Shown: in pieces, positions 8,941 through 17,911 of the stretch
Position numbering within the stretch: the stretch's first letter is position 1
Layout: the number at the start of each line of letters is the position of its first letter
Assembly: GCF_003367075.2 (NCBI RefSeq)
Contig: NZ_CP065936.1
Coordinates: 2,010,001-2,042,000, forward strand
From: Cylindrospermopsis raciborskii Cr2010
GTDB lineage: Bacteria > Cyanobacteriota > Cyanobacteriia > Cyanobacteriales > Nostocaceae
Reading direction: 5' to 3'
Length of the DNA stretch: 32,000 bases
The notes under the pieces: model-generated
What the model was told of the DNA's origin: nothing
The model's input: the letters and a program-made list of their open reading frames with translations, nothing else
Database searches by the model: none
Translations under genes and position numbers: made by a program

Positions 8941-10134
8941 TTAAGGTCGGTTATATTCTATTTTAGTGGAAAAAATACATATACTACTGGCGGAAAACGC
9001 TAGGGCTGCGCTTATACCAGCTATGAAAGGAGTAATGGCTGGAGAAAAGAAGGAGCCAAAAAGACTCATGGCCAAAGAAAATCCACCAAAATAAGTGCCA
9101 ATTCCTAATCCTGACCAGCGGGGAGGAGTTGACTGTAGAATAAATGGAATTATGCCATTTGTTATCAAGCTAAAACCGACTATTAAGGACACTATTAAGA
9201 GGATTATAAAGGGTGTTGGCACTGGGAAAATTATCATGGTTGAAACCGATATAATAGTGACGATAATTCCTAGTATCATAATTGGACGATTACCAAACCT
9301 ACTAGCACAAAATCCAGCAGGTAAGGATGCTAAAGCCAGGGTTAAACCAAAGGATAGCATGGTTATGGTAACCCTATCAGGGGATAATTGGGTTTTGAGA
9401 GTTTTGCCCAAGCTATCCATAAGCAAACGAGATCCCCAGGACATGGTAAAACCGGTTAGGAAAATGAAGGATAGATTATAAAAGGGTATTGTTGGAGATG
9501 GGAAGTTTTTGGGCAACGTGGGTATTTCTGGTGGGTGGAAAAACCTTAAAACCAGACCAGTGCCTAAAAGTACAAAGGATGCGATCGCAAAGGACCAAAT
9601 GGCACCCAAGCTAAGAATAAACTGATGAGCAACACCACGAAAAGCACCGACCACACCCCCAGCAAAGGTGATAAAACTAACTGCCAAAGGCAATTCAGAT
9701 GGCATGGAATACTTGATCAACAAAGAAAGTGCTGGGGAACGAAAAATGGTCATTGTGAGAGACCAATCTATCAGGGTTAGGGGCAAAAGTCCACGGAAGA
9801 CTTGGGAAGGGGAGACAAAAGTTACCATACATGGTATGGCAATTAACAGGGTGGAGGACAAAATTACCCCAAGGGAGATAAGAGGAAAACGAGTGGCAAA
9901 TTTTCGTTGAGACTGGTCAGAAAGTGCACCCATTAGCGGTTCCATAATTACAGCTAAGGCATTTTCAATAATTAAAATTAAAGGTGCCAAAGATGATGGA
10001 AACCCGAACTGAATTAACAGTTGTGGTAGATAGGTGTTATAGACCAACCAGGAAAGTGTAATTGCCCCTTGTACCCCTGCTAAAGCCCAAACCTGTTTCC
10101 ACAAAACGCTCAACTTAGATTTGTATATACTCAT
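8941..10134 (-). CDS. MFS-type transporter, substrate unknown
   Basis: Polytopic hydrophobic protein of about 12 predicted TM segments. ATG at 10134 is preferred over the TTG at 10152. Confidence 0.65.
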   Translation of the reverse strand: MSIYKSKLSVLWKQVWALAGVQGAITLSWLVYNTYLPQLLIQFGFPSSLAPLILIIENALAVIMEPLMGALSDQSQRKFATRFPLISLGVILSSTLLIAIPCMVTFVSPSQVFRGLLPLTLIDWSLTMTIFRSPALSLLIKYSMPSELPLAVSFITFAGGVVGAFRGVAHQFILSLGAIWSFAIASFVLLGTGLVLRFFHPPEIPTLPKNFPSPTIPFYNLSFIFLTGFTMSWGSRLLMDSLGKTLKTQLSPDRVTITMLSFGLTLALASLPAGFCASRFGNRPIMILGIIVTIISVSTMIIFPVPTPFIILLIVSLIVGFSLITNGIIPFILQSTPPRWSGLGIGTYFGGFSLAMSLFGSFFSPAITPFIAGISAALAFSASSICIFSTKIEYNRP

Positions 10135-10184
10135 GAAATCTTGATATCCCAAAATGGAAAGTGACCCAAGAAATCTCCAAAGGG

Positions 10185-10230
10185 GCGATCGCTCGTTTAC
10201 AAAAGGGTGAATTTATCTGCGGGCGATCGC
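10185..10230. repeat. two HIP1 octamers (GCGATCGC) at 10185-10192 and 10223-10230
   Basis: Read directly. Ten further HIP1 copies start at 252, 2772, 4345, 5454, 9581, 12280, 18091, 23664 and 29681, among others. Confidence 0.9.
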
Positions 10231-10255
10231 CACCTCCATAATAAATACAGTAAAA

Positions 10256-11428
10256 CTAATACTGTGGTACGGAGGGGTCTACCTCCTGACTCCAAGCATT
10301 AATACCACCCTTGACATTAGTTCCTGATATACCTGCTGCTTTGAGAATGGCCAGAGCTTTGGCAGAGCGTCCACCCATCTTACAATGGGCGATTAAACTG
10401 TGTCCATTAAGTAATTCTTTGACCCTTGCTACACCATCACCATTTTCAATTTCTGGTAGGGGTATTAACACAGAACCAGGAATCCTGGCAATTTCATATT
10501 CATTAGGATTACGCACATCTAATAGGATAAAATCCTGAGAACCACTGTCTATGAGAGTCTTTAACTCCTTGACAGTCATTTCCTGGGTTTCCATTTGCTG
10601 TTGCGCTTCCGCTGCTCTAGCTTGGGGAAGACCACAAAATTCTTCGTAATCAACGAGTTTGTCTATTACTGGACGGACAGGGTTAGGACGCAACTTCAAC
10701 TCTCGGAACTTCATATCCAAAGCGTTATAGAGCACTAAACGCCCACTAAGGGTAGTCCCCTTACCAATAATAATCTTTACTGTTTCCGTAGCCTGAATTA
10801 CACCGATAATTCCCGGTAAAATCCCCAATACACCACCTTCTGCACAGGAAGGAACCATACCCGGTGGCGGGGGTTCAGGATATAGATCCCGATAGTTAGG
10901 ACCACCTTGGTAGTTAAATACTGTTGCTTGTCCTTCAAAACGGAAAATTGATCCGTAAACATTGGGTTTGTTTAACAATACACAAGCATCATTAACTAGA
11001 TACCGGGTGGGGAAGTTATCAGTCCCATCCACAATCACGTCGTAGGGACTAAGTATGTCAATAGCATTTTCTGAACTTAACCGAGTTTCATATAGGTCAA
11101 CTTGACAATAGGGGTTAATTTCATGAATGCGGTCTTTTGCCGATGCAATTTTGGGTTTACCCACCCAAGATGTGCCGTGGATGACTTGACGTTGTAAGTT
11201 AGAGAAATCAACTACGTCAAAATCAACAATACCGATATGTCCCACCCCTGCTGCTGCTAAGTATAATAGCAGTGGTGAACCAAGTCCACCTGTGCCAATA
11301 CATAACACGCTGGCAGCCTTTAGGCGTTTTTGTCCTTCTAAGCCTACTTCTGGCAAGATTAAATGGCGAGAGTATCTTTCGTAGTCGTCTTTCGTTAACT
11401 GGATTTCATCCAGATTAGGATTTAGCAT
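10256..11428 (-). CDS. moeB: molybdopterin-synthase adenylyltransferase MoeB/ThiF family with a C-terminal rhodanese domain
   Basis: YSRHLILPEVGLEGQKRLKAASVLCIGTGGLGSP (ThiF nucleotide-binding motif), and a C-terminal rhodanese-like CKMGGRS active-site loop. Start chosen at MLNPNLDE (11428). Confidence 0.85.
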   Translation of the reverse strand: MLNPNLDEIQLTKDDYERYSRHLILPEVGLEGQKRLKAASVLCIGTGGLGSPLLLYLAAAGVGHIGIVDFDVVDFSNLQRQVIHGTSWVGKPKIASAKDRIHEINPYCQVDLYETRLSSENAIDILSPYDVIVDGTDNFPTRYLVNDACVLLNKPNVYGSIFRFEGQATVFNYQGGPNYRDLYPEPPPPGMVPSCAEGGVLGILPGIIGVIQATETVKIIIGKGTTLSGRLVLYNALDMKFRELKLRPNPVRPVIDKLVDYEEFCGLPQARAAEAQQQMETQEMTVKELKTLIDSGSQDFILLDVRNPNEYEIARIPGSVLIPLPEIENGDGVARVKELLNGHSLIAHCKMGGRSAKALAILKAAGISGTNVKGGINAWSQEVDPSVPQY

Positions 11429-11630
11429 AGTAGGAAGATGCAGAATCTCAGAATACCAATAATAACTCAAATTGCAGGAAGTTTCTCCTGAATGTATCCT
11501 TTCTGTTAAGATTAAAGTGGGACTTCAATTTCTTAAGGATCAACCAGAAGATTTTTAAACCATAACCAAACCATGATAGGATAATTCCCAAGTATAAAAG
11601 CTGTGTCGGATTAATTGGATTTAAACAAAC

Positions 11631-11768
11631 ATGGAAGCAGTAATTTTATTAGCAAAACTGCCCGAAGCTTACCAAACCTTCGGGCCTTTGGTAGATGTAC
11701 TCCCGGTTATCCCTGTATTTTTCTTGCTGCTTGCTTTTGTTTGGCAAGCTGCTGTGGGCTTCAGGTAA
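11631..11768 (+). CDS. psbK: photosystem II reaction center protein K
   Basis: 45-aa translation [45 protein letters not shown] matches remembered PsbK. Too short for the ORF track. Confidence 0.92.
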   Translation: MEAVILLAKLPEAYQTFGPLVDVLPVIPVFFLLLAFVWQAAVGFR

Positions 11769-11787
11769 ATTAATCGGTCCTCAATAC

Positions 11788-11816
11788 GGACAGGTAATCC
11801 CTGTCCTCAAACTTTT
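11788..11816 (+). terminator. candidate intrinsic terminator after psbK
   Basis: GGACAGG-taatc-CCTGTCC stem-loop, followed a few nt later by TTTT. Confidence 0.45.
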
Positions 11817-11868
11817 CCATAAGGAATGAGATTAACCAGTGACGGGTCACAATTAACAGCTAACAGCC

Positions 11869-12165
11869 ATGGGGAACATTAGATTCATCAAAGAAAACAA
11901 GGAAGTAATAGCAGCGGATGGAGCCAACCTCCGACTCAAAGCACTGGAGAATGGAATTGACATCTATAAGTTGTGGGGTAAAATGACCAATTGTGGTGGT
12001 TACGGACAATGTGCCACTTGCATTGTGGAAGTTACTGAAGGACTGGAGAATCTGTCATCGCGCACGGATGTGGAAAAGCGAAAATTTAAGAACTCCCCAG
12101 ATACTTACCGTCTTGCTTGTCAAACTCTAGTTAATGGGCCGGTAAGTGTGATTACCAAACCTTAA
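11869..12165 (+). CDS. 2Fe-2S ferredoxin-like iron-sulfur protein
   Basis: 98 aa. Cys cluster [10 protein letters not shown] plus a distal LACQT, in a ferredoxin-fold-sized protein. Confidence 0.7.
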   Translation: MGNIRFIKENKEVIAADGANLRLKALENGIDIYKLWGKMTNCGGYGQCATCIVEVTEGLENLSSRTDVEKRKFKNSPDTYRLACQTLVNGPVSVITKP

Positions 12166-12191
12166 CCTCCAACTAAGGAGGGAGGTTTTTT
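12166..12191 (+). terminator. intrinsic terminator after the 2Fe-2S gene
   Basis: CCTCC...GGAGG stem immediately after the stop codon, followed by TTTTTT. Confidence 0.6.
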
Positions 12192-12391
12192 CCTATGCAA
12201 CTTGTCATTTTCAGTGAATCAGTGTATAGTGTAGAGGTGGTCGTTACGGAACATCGGCACGACCTAAAACGGATAGGGAGCGATCGCAAGACTACTTGAG
12301 TAGCAGGTGGCTGTGAACTGTCAAAAATCGCTGGCCTTCTGGGTCAGTGAGTATGTCAACAAAAATCAATTTAGAGAGAGGCTATCTTGCC

Positions 12392-12505
12392 ATGCAAGTG
12401 AATGACCTAGGGTTTGTAGCAAGCATCTTGTTCGTGCTTGTTCCTGCCGTGTTTTTAATAATTCTTTACATTCAAACTGCCAGTCGCGAAGGTGGAAAAA
12501 ACTAA
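12392..12505 (+). CDS. psbM: photosystem II reaction center protein M
   Basis: 37-aa translation [37 protein letters not shown] matches remembered PsbM. Too short for the ORF track. Confidence 0.9.
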   Translation: MQVNDLGFVASILFVLVPAVFLIILYIQTASREGGKN

Positions 12506-12539
12506 CCTTGACACTTCCCGCTCATTAATGTCCACCCAA

Positions 12540-12570
12540 ACCTACCCAGACCTTAACAATCTTGGTAGGT
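12540..12570 (+). terminator. stem-loop downstream of psbM, a possible terminator
   Basis: ACCTACCCAGA-ccttaacaa-TCTTGGTAGGT pairs at 10 of 11 positions. No U-tract follows. Confidence 0.3.
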
Positions 12571-12876
12571 AGGGTGAGCGTGCATAACTCCGCCATAAAA
12601 AAGAGTTACCTACCATCAAGTAAGGTTGGCTACGAAAGATAGGTCATGACATCGTCAAACTTCGTTTTTCTAATTGATGGCAACAAGCAGCCAAAGAATG
12701 TCTAGCTGTGTCCAGAAATTGTCGAACAGCAGCCAACCCGTCTTGTCCAATTCTCAAATTCGTTAAAAATCATCAATAACATCAAATTTGCCTCAGTCTA
12801 TTGGGCTAAATTGGGAGTGGGTTTGTCTGTAGTTTAGAGGGAAACCCTAATCAACCTTCAGAAAAATTCTCACAAA

Positions 12877-13728
12877 ATGATTCAAAAAATTTTGTTGGCT
12901 GTCTCAGGACTCGGACACGCAGAGGAAATGATGAAAAACTTAAAGGAACTACCATCAATCCAATCTGCTAAGGTTACAGTTCTGAACGTTGTACCTTCAC
13001 AAAGCACCGCAGCAGCTATGACGGAAAAATGGGAAGAGGGTGGTAAAATCCTCGCTAATGCTATTCAGTCCCTCAATTTTGACCCTAGCCAAGTCTCTTC
13101 TATTTTGCGTCAGGGCGACCCCAAGGATGTGGTTTGTCAAGTAGCTGATGAAATCGGCGTAGATCTAATTGTTATGGGATCTCGGGGACTTAAACGTCTA
13201 GAATCTATTCTGTCTAACTCTGTTAGTCAGTATGTGTTTCAATTATCCTCTCGCCCTATGTTGCTAGTTAAGGATGATATATATGTTAAACGCATCAAAC
13301 GAGTTATGGTGGCTATGGATGGATCCCCTTCCTCATCCCAGTGTTTACAACTAGCTTTGTTTTTGCTAAGTGGCGTTGAGTCTGGACAGTTAATACTAAC
13401 TAACGTTAGTACAGATCTGGGAGGAAAAGTGTCAGGTATCACTGACATTAAACCGGAAAGAAACTCGGTTTTGGGTAATGCGGTAGCTACTGCTGAAAGT
13501 CGTGGTATTCCTGTGCGTTGTGTCACCAGCAGTGGTAAACCAGGCGAGGAAATTTGCCGCCTAGCACAGGAACTAAACGCTGACCTTTTATTGCTTGGTT
13601 CGCCAGACCGCCGTCCATCCATAGCCAAGAGTTTTGTAGATCTTGACCGACTATTGGGTTCTTCCCTATCTGACTATGTACGGGTAAACGCTACTTGTCC
13701 CGTACTGTTGGCAAGAACTGTTTCTTAA
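12877..13728 (+). CDS. universal stress protein with tandem Usp domains
   Basis: 283 aa with two repeats of the Usp pattern (ILLAVSG..., DLIVMGSRG and ADLLLLGS, VLLAR). Confidence 0.75.
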   Translation: MIQKILLAVSGLGHAEEMMKNLKELPSIQSAKVTVLNVVPSQSTAAAMTEKWEEGGKILANAIQSLNFDPSQVSSILRQGDPKDVVCQVADEIGVDLIVMGSRGLKRLESILSNSVSQYVFQLSSRPMLLVKDDIYVKRIKRVMVAMDGSPSSSQCLQLALFLLSGVESGQLILTNVSTDLGGKVSGITDIKPERNSVLGNAVATAESRGIPVRCVTSSGKPGEEICRLAQELNADLLLLGSPDRRPSIAKSFVDLDRLLGSSLSDYVRVNATCPVLLARTVS

Positions 13729-13812
13729 ATTCGCAGTTTCTTGTAATAAACTGAACAGGTGTTAGCTTGTTCAGAATGACACCATATCACCGTGATATTC
13801 ATAATTGACACC

Positions 13813-13835
13813 TCCCCGTTTTCACAAGACGGGGG
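13813..13835. terminator. GC-rich hairpin between the convergent usp and prlC genes
   Basis: CCCCGT-tttcacaag-ACGGGG. U-tracts are weak on both strands. Confidence 0.35.
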
Positions 13836-13883
13836 TTGGTAGCTGAAACCCTGGGGTGTTAGCAATTTCCCCCCCCGAATCCT

Positions 13884-15989
13884 CTAACGAGCTGGTAAAA
13901 GACCGTTATGCCTAAGTAGAGCTTTAGTGCTGGGTTTTCGACCTCTAAAGGCCTCAAAAATCTCCATGGGATGTTTGCTACCACCCATAGATAGAATTGT
14001 ATCTCGATAGCGACGACCAATAATTTGTACTGCTTCTTCATTATCTAGTCCAACTTCTTCAAAAGCAGCAAAAGCGTCAGCACTTAAAACCTCTGCCCAT
14101 TTGTAACTGTAATATCCCGCCGCATAACCACCTTCAAAAATATGACCGAAAGCACAGAGAAATTGATCCTCCGGTAGAGGAGACAAAATAGTAGTAGTTT
14201 TAGCAATACGATTGCGTATATCTACTGGAGTTTCTTGACCGGTGGGAAAATAGCGATGATGTAATTCTAAATCTACCATACTCAGGTGAATTTGTCGTAA
14301 CATTGCGGAACCGCTCATGTAGTTGCGGGCATCTAACAGTTTGTGATAGTATTCCTCTGGCAGCGGTTCACCCGTTTGATAGTGTTTAGCCATACCAAAC
14401 AGGGTGGGACGGTCATAACACCAATTTTCCATGAATTGACTAGGCAACTCCACTGCATCCCATTCTACATTGTTAATACCTGCTGCTCCAGTATAATCAA
14501 CCTGAGTGAGCATGTGGTGGAGACCATGACCGAACTCATGGAAGAGAGTTTCTACCTCATCAAAGGTCATCAAACTGGGCTTATCATCCACAGGGGGAGT
14601 TTGATTACAAATGAGATAGGCCACTGGTAAGCAGACCACATCTACACCATTTTGGGTAGCCCTACGGCGGTGAATACAAGCATCCATCCAAGCTCCACCA
14701 CGTTTTTCTACTGGTCTACTGTAGAGGTCTAGATAAAAGTAAGCAATGGTCCTACCAGAAGGGTCAGAAATTTTAAAATAGCGAACATCTTCATGCCAAA
14801 TGGGAGCTTGACCATCTGCTGGACTAACGATTACACCAAACAGACGTTGAACCAGCTCAAATAGGCCATTGAGAACTTGAGGTAGGGGAAAATAGGGACG
14901 TAATTCCTCCTGGGTGAAAGTGAATTTGGCCTCTCGCTGACGCTCAGCCCAAAAACTGACATCCCAATGTTCCAGATCCTCCGTTTGGGGGAATCCATGG
15001 TTTTTGGCAAAGGTTTTCAGATCTGCTATTTCTTGGGTAGCTGCATCATAACTGACTTGACGTAACTCTTCTAGTAGTTTTTCTACTGCACTAACCTTTT
15101 GGGCCATCTTACTAGCTAGACTTAACTGGGCATAGTTTTCAAAGCCCAGCAATCCCGCCATTTCTTGCCTTAATCCCAAAATCCCCTGAATTAGAGGATT
15201 ATTGTCCAAATCTCCACTAGCAGCACGACTAATGTAGGCTTTATATAACTTTTCCCGCAGGTCTCGACGAGTGCTATGCTGCATGAAGGGGAAGTAGCTG
15301 GGGAAATCTAGGGTAATGTGCCAAGGACCAGTCTGTGGGTTAGCTTGTTCCTCTCCCGCACCGCGAGCAGCTTGAGCAGCTAAACTAAGTAAACTGCTTG
15401 GTAACCCCTCAATTTCTTCTTTAGTAGTTAAAACTAGACTATACGCTGTAGTTGCATCTAAAAGATGGTTAGCAAACTGAGTGTTTAGTTTGGCTAACTG
15501 CATTTGAATCTCATTAAAACGCTCCCTTGATTCCCCCGCCAAAGCGACACCAGAGAGTTGAGCATCTCTAATAGCAGCCTCTACAATGCGTTTTTGAGCT
15601 GGTTTGAGGTTCTCCCAAAAATCCCCATGACGTAGATCCTTGAATGCTTCATAAATAGGCTTACTTTGACCAAGGGCATTAGTAAACTCTACCACCTGTG
15701 GTTGTAATTTTTGATAAGCTATTCGTAAATCAGGACTATTCTTTACAGCCATGAGGTGGTTTAATACTCGCCAACTCCAAGATAATCTTTCTGTTAACTG
15801 CTCCAGTGGCTCCACTAAAGCACTCCAAGTTGGTTCCACACTAGATTCTAAGATGGTTAGTTGTTTCCATAGTTCTGTTAATAGCTGAGTAAATGCAGGC
15901 TCTACCTGATCCGGAGTAATATCTGTAAATGTAGGTAGACCAGAGCCTTGAAGAAGGGGATTTTGATGAACAGTGGCACTTGCACTCAT
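13884..15989 (-). CDS. prlC: oligopeptidase A / M3 family metallopeptidase
   Basis: 701 aa with the HEFGHGLHH zinc motif and M3-family length and context. Confidence 0.88.
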   Translation of the reverse strand: MSASATVHQNPLLQGSGLPTFTDITPDQVEPAFTQLLTELWKQLTILESSVEPTWSALVEPLEQLTERLSWSWRVLNHLMAVKNSPDLRIAYQKLQPQVVEFTNALGQSKPIYEAFKDLRHGDFWENLKPAQKRIVEAAIRDAQLSGVALAGESRERFNEIQMQLAKLNTQFANHLLDATTAYSLVLTTKEEIEGLPSSLLSLAAQAARGAGEEQANPQTGPWHITLDFPSYFPFMQHSTRRDLREKLYKAYISRAASGDLDNNPLIQGILGLRQEMAGLLGFENYAQLSLASKMAQKVSAVEKLLEELRQVSYDAATQEIADLKTFAKNHGFPQTEDLEHWDVSFWAERQREAKFTFTQEELRPYFPLPQVLNGLFELVQRLFGVIVSPADGQAPIWHEDVRYFKISDPSGRTIAYFYLDLYSRPVEKRGGAWMDACIHRRRATQNGVDVVCLPVAYLICNQTPPVDDKPSLMTFDEVETLFHEFGHGLHHMLTQVDYTGAAGINNVEWDAVELPSQFMENWCYDRPTLFGMAKHYQTGEPLPEEYYHKLLDARNYMSGSAMLRQIHLSMVDLELHHRYFPTGQETPVDIRNRIAKTTTILSPLPEDQFLCAFGHIFEGGYAAGYYSYKWAEVLSADAFAAFEEVGLDNEEAVQIIGRRYRDTILSMGGSKHPMEIFEAFRGRKPSTKALLRHNGLLPAR

Positions 15990-16127
15990 GGTTTTGTCTG
16001 GGAGCTAATCAATGAATAAAAGAGAGTTTTTGCCTATAGTGTACTAATGTTACTCAATAGGTCTAGTAGAAGGTTGGTTAGTTCAATTTTTTTTGAGAAG
16101 TTTTGTTATTAATTAAGCTTCTCCGGT

Positions 16128-16320
16128 CTAAAGACACGGAGATTTCTGAAGAGTCCATAAACGAACTTTCTGAGGCTGGCTTAAACAGCCTCTACTGATT
16201 CCGCTAAGATCAATTCCTAGCATCACCGCTACTTTTTTCAAAATATTAGCAGCACCATTACAGTCCGCATTAATTTTGAACCCATCAGAAGTTTCATATA
16301 CTCCACGACTTTTAGAATCC
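16128..16320 (-). pseudogene. C-terminal relic of an IS200/IS605-family TnpB (OrfB)
   Basis: The minus-strand translation is DSKSRGVYETSDGFKINADCNGAANILKKVAVMLGIDLSGISRGCLSQPQKVRLWTLQKSPCL*. It contains the RuvC-III-type NADxNGAxNI motif and a typical TnpB tail. There is no coding continuity upstream of about 16320, so roughly 64 codons remain. Confidence 0.7.
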
Positions 16321-16506
16321 TTTATTTATTTGGTCAAGCAGTTTATTCCATAATAGTTTTGGTATTTAATAAAAGTTATCTAGAATTTATCTCCTAGGAA
16401 ATACTAACACGAAATAGAAAAAGCCGTAAATTTTTCTTCATATTTGGTTTTGGCTTAGTATATGGCTATTTTAGCCATGATGTGCAAACGATCGGAGAAA
16501 AAACGC

Positions 16507-16818
16507 CTATCCAACGTTGTGACTAAGGCACAGTTCAAAAGTTCTCAATCCTTCCGCTTGTTCATAATTAATAACAACCTGTTTAACTATGGCAGCAGTT
16601 GGTCCCATATGGCACCATCGTACCATCTCTTCTACAATATCCCTGGATCCCTCAAAGACCGCTTCTACTCGACCGTCGACAAGATTTCTCACCCAACCGG
16701 TTAAACCTAACTGGGTAGCTGTGTCTACGGTTGCATATCGGTATCCCACGCCTTGAACCTGTCCGGTAATAAAAACATGGGCCCGAACCAGTTTGGTAAT
16801 TTCTGTGGTGTTTTCCAT
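16507..16818 (-). CDS. acyP: acylphosphatase
   Basis: VHVFITGQVQGVGYRYATVDTATQLGLTGWVRNLVDGRVEAVFEG is the canonical acylphosphatase signature. Confidence 0.88.
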   Translation of the reverse strand: MENTTEITKLVRAHVFITGQVQGVGYRYATVDTATQLGLTGWVRNLVDGRVEAVFEGSRDIVEEMVRWCHMGPTAAIVKQVVINYEQAEGLRTFELCLSHNVG

Positions 16819-16881
16819 AGTTTAGAGATTATGATGTAATGGTAAGTTAACAAACTTTTTACGTGTGAGAAATGCCTAACT

Positions 16882-17259
16882 ATGTCTAACTTGCCACAAC
16901 TCAACCAAGAAACTATTTGGGATATCATCAACGAAAAAATTGATGATCTTACTGTTAATCAGTTGGTGTGGCACTATTTAGGTTACAGATACGATTATAA
17001 TCTACAAACATGGGATAGTACCCAGGTTAGTCCTGAATGGGTTACTGATTATCCCCAACCCCCCAACTTCATAGAGTCCCGCCCTGCAACCGTCAAGCTG
17101 ACCCGTTCTATTCCTCCGGATAATAAACAACTACTAAAAGAAAAATTGGGTTTTAAAGGTTATAAGATAGGCGAGTTTGGACCTAGACAGACTCGCCGTG
17201 CTACTATGGCTGGTTGGTTATTAAGTTATATGATGACCAACTGTGGTAGAATAGATTAA
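16882..17259 (+). CDS. conserved hypothetical protein, possibly DUF1823-type
   Basis: 125-aa ORF with good coding appearance, divergent from acyP. The family assignment is from weak memory only. Confidence 0.5.
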   Translation: MSNLPQLNQETIWDIINEKIDDLTVNQLVWHYLGYRYDYNLQTWDSTQVSPEWVTDYPQPPNFIESRPATVKLTRSIPPDNKQLLKEKLGFKGYKIGEFGPRQTRRATMAGWLLSYMMTNCGRID

Positions 17260-17311
17260 TCCATGAAAATGGTATATTTGGTTAAATTCCCAACCTCATG
17301 GTGATACGAAC

Positions 17312-17911
17312 ATGCAGATGCGAGCAACTACGGGTGATGTTAATGGCAAACCATCTCATCCCACATATTCCCCCTCCGTTCCTATTTCCGTCTATCGAGA
17401 ACTGGTGACAGAATTAAAAGCCGTACAATCTAAATTAGATGTGGTTACCAACCATAATCAAAAATTAGTGCAGGAAAATCAGTATTTACTCCAGGAAGTT
17501 AATCGAGTTGTTCAGTCTTGTTTGGAATTACAAAATTTGCTTGATTCCAAAAATGACCCTGGTAAATATTCTCAGGAAGGATTAAACAAAAATTATAACA
17601 CCAGTCCCAACCCTATTAACAGCCAGAATACACCTTATGATGAGTCAAAATCTCTAAGGGAACAACCCATACACCCCACCCACCCAAAAAATGCACCTAA
17701 ACCTAAGTCAGAAGGGGATAAAAAGAACACACAAATCAAAAACAAAACCCGGACTAATTTCAAGACCAGATCCAAACCTTCTAATTTCGTTAGTAGAGGA
17801 CTAAATGGTTGGTGGTTGTTTTTAATCATTCTTGTGGTGATGGTTTCTGGCTTTAGTGCTGGATATTTAGTGGTGCGCCCCTTTTTGCAAAGGGCCCAAA
17901 TTACTCGTTAA
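17312..17911 (+). CDS. hypothetical tail-anchored protein (coiled coil, low-complexity linker, C-terminal TM helix)
   Basis: 199 aa. It has heptad-like LVTELKAVQSKLDVVTNHNQKLVQENQYLLQEVNRVV, a Pro/Asn/Lys-rich middle, and a C-terminal WWLFLIILVVMVSGFSAGYLVV. Confidence 0.5.
   Translation: MQMRATTGDVNGKPSHPTYSPSVPISVYRELVTELKAVQSKLDVVTNHNQKLVQENQYLLQEVNRVVQSCLELQNLLDSKNDPGKYSQEGLNKNYNTSPNPINSQNTPYDESKSLREQPIHPTHPKNAPKPKSEGDKKNTQIKNKTRTNFKTRSKPSNFVSRGLNGWWLFLIILVVMVSGFSAGYLVVRPFLQRAQITR

Noticed and set aside
12195-12299. 34-codon ORF (MQLVIFSESVYSVEVVVTEHRHDLKRIGSDRKTT) between the ferredoxin-like gene and psbM
   Set aside because: It has no recognisable family and no SD. It starts within or next to the upstream terminator and is probably non-coding psbM promoter or leader sequence.
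12620-12633. Perfect NtcA-type palindrome GTAAGGTTGGCTAC (GTA-N8-TAC) upstream of the usp gene
   Set aside because: GTA-N8-TAC is expected by chance several times in 32 kb. I found no properly spaced TAN3T -10 box about 22 nt downstream.
13859-14041. 60-aa minus-strand ORF overlapping the 3' end of prlC
   Set aside because: It is an alternative frame of prlC, with no support.
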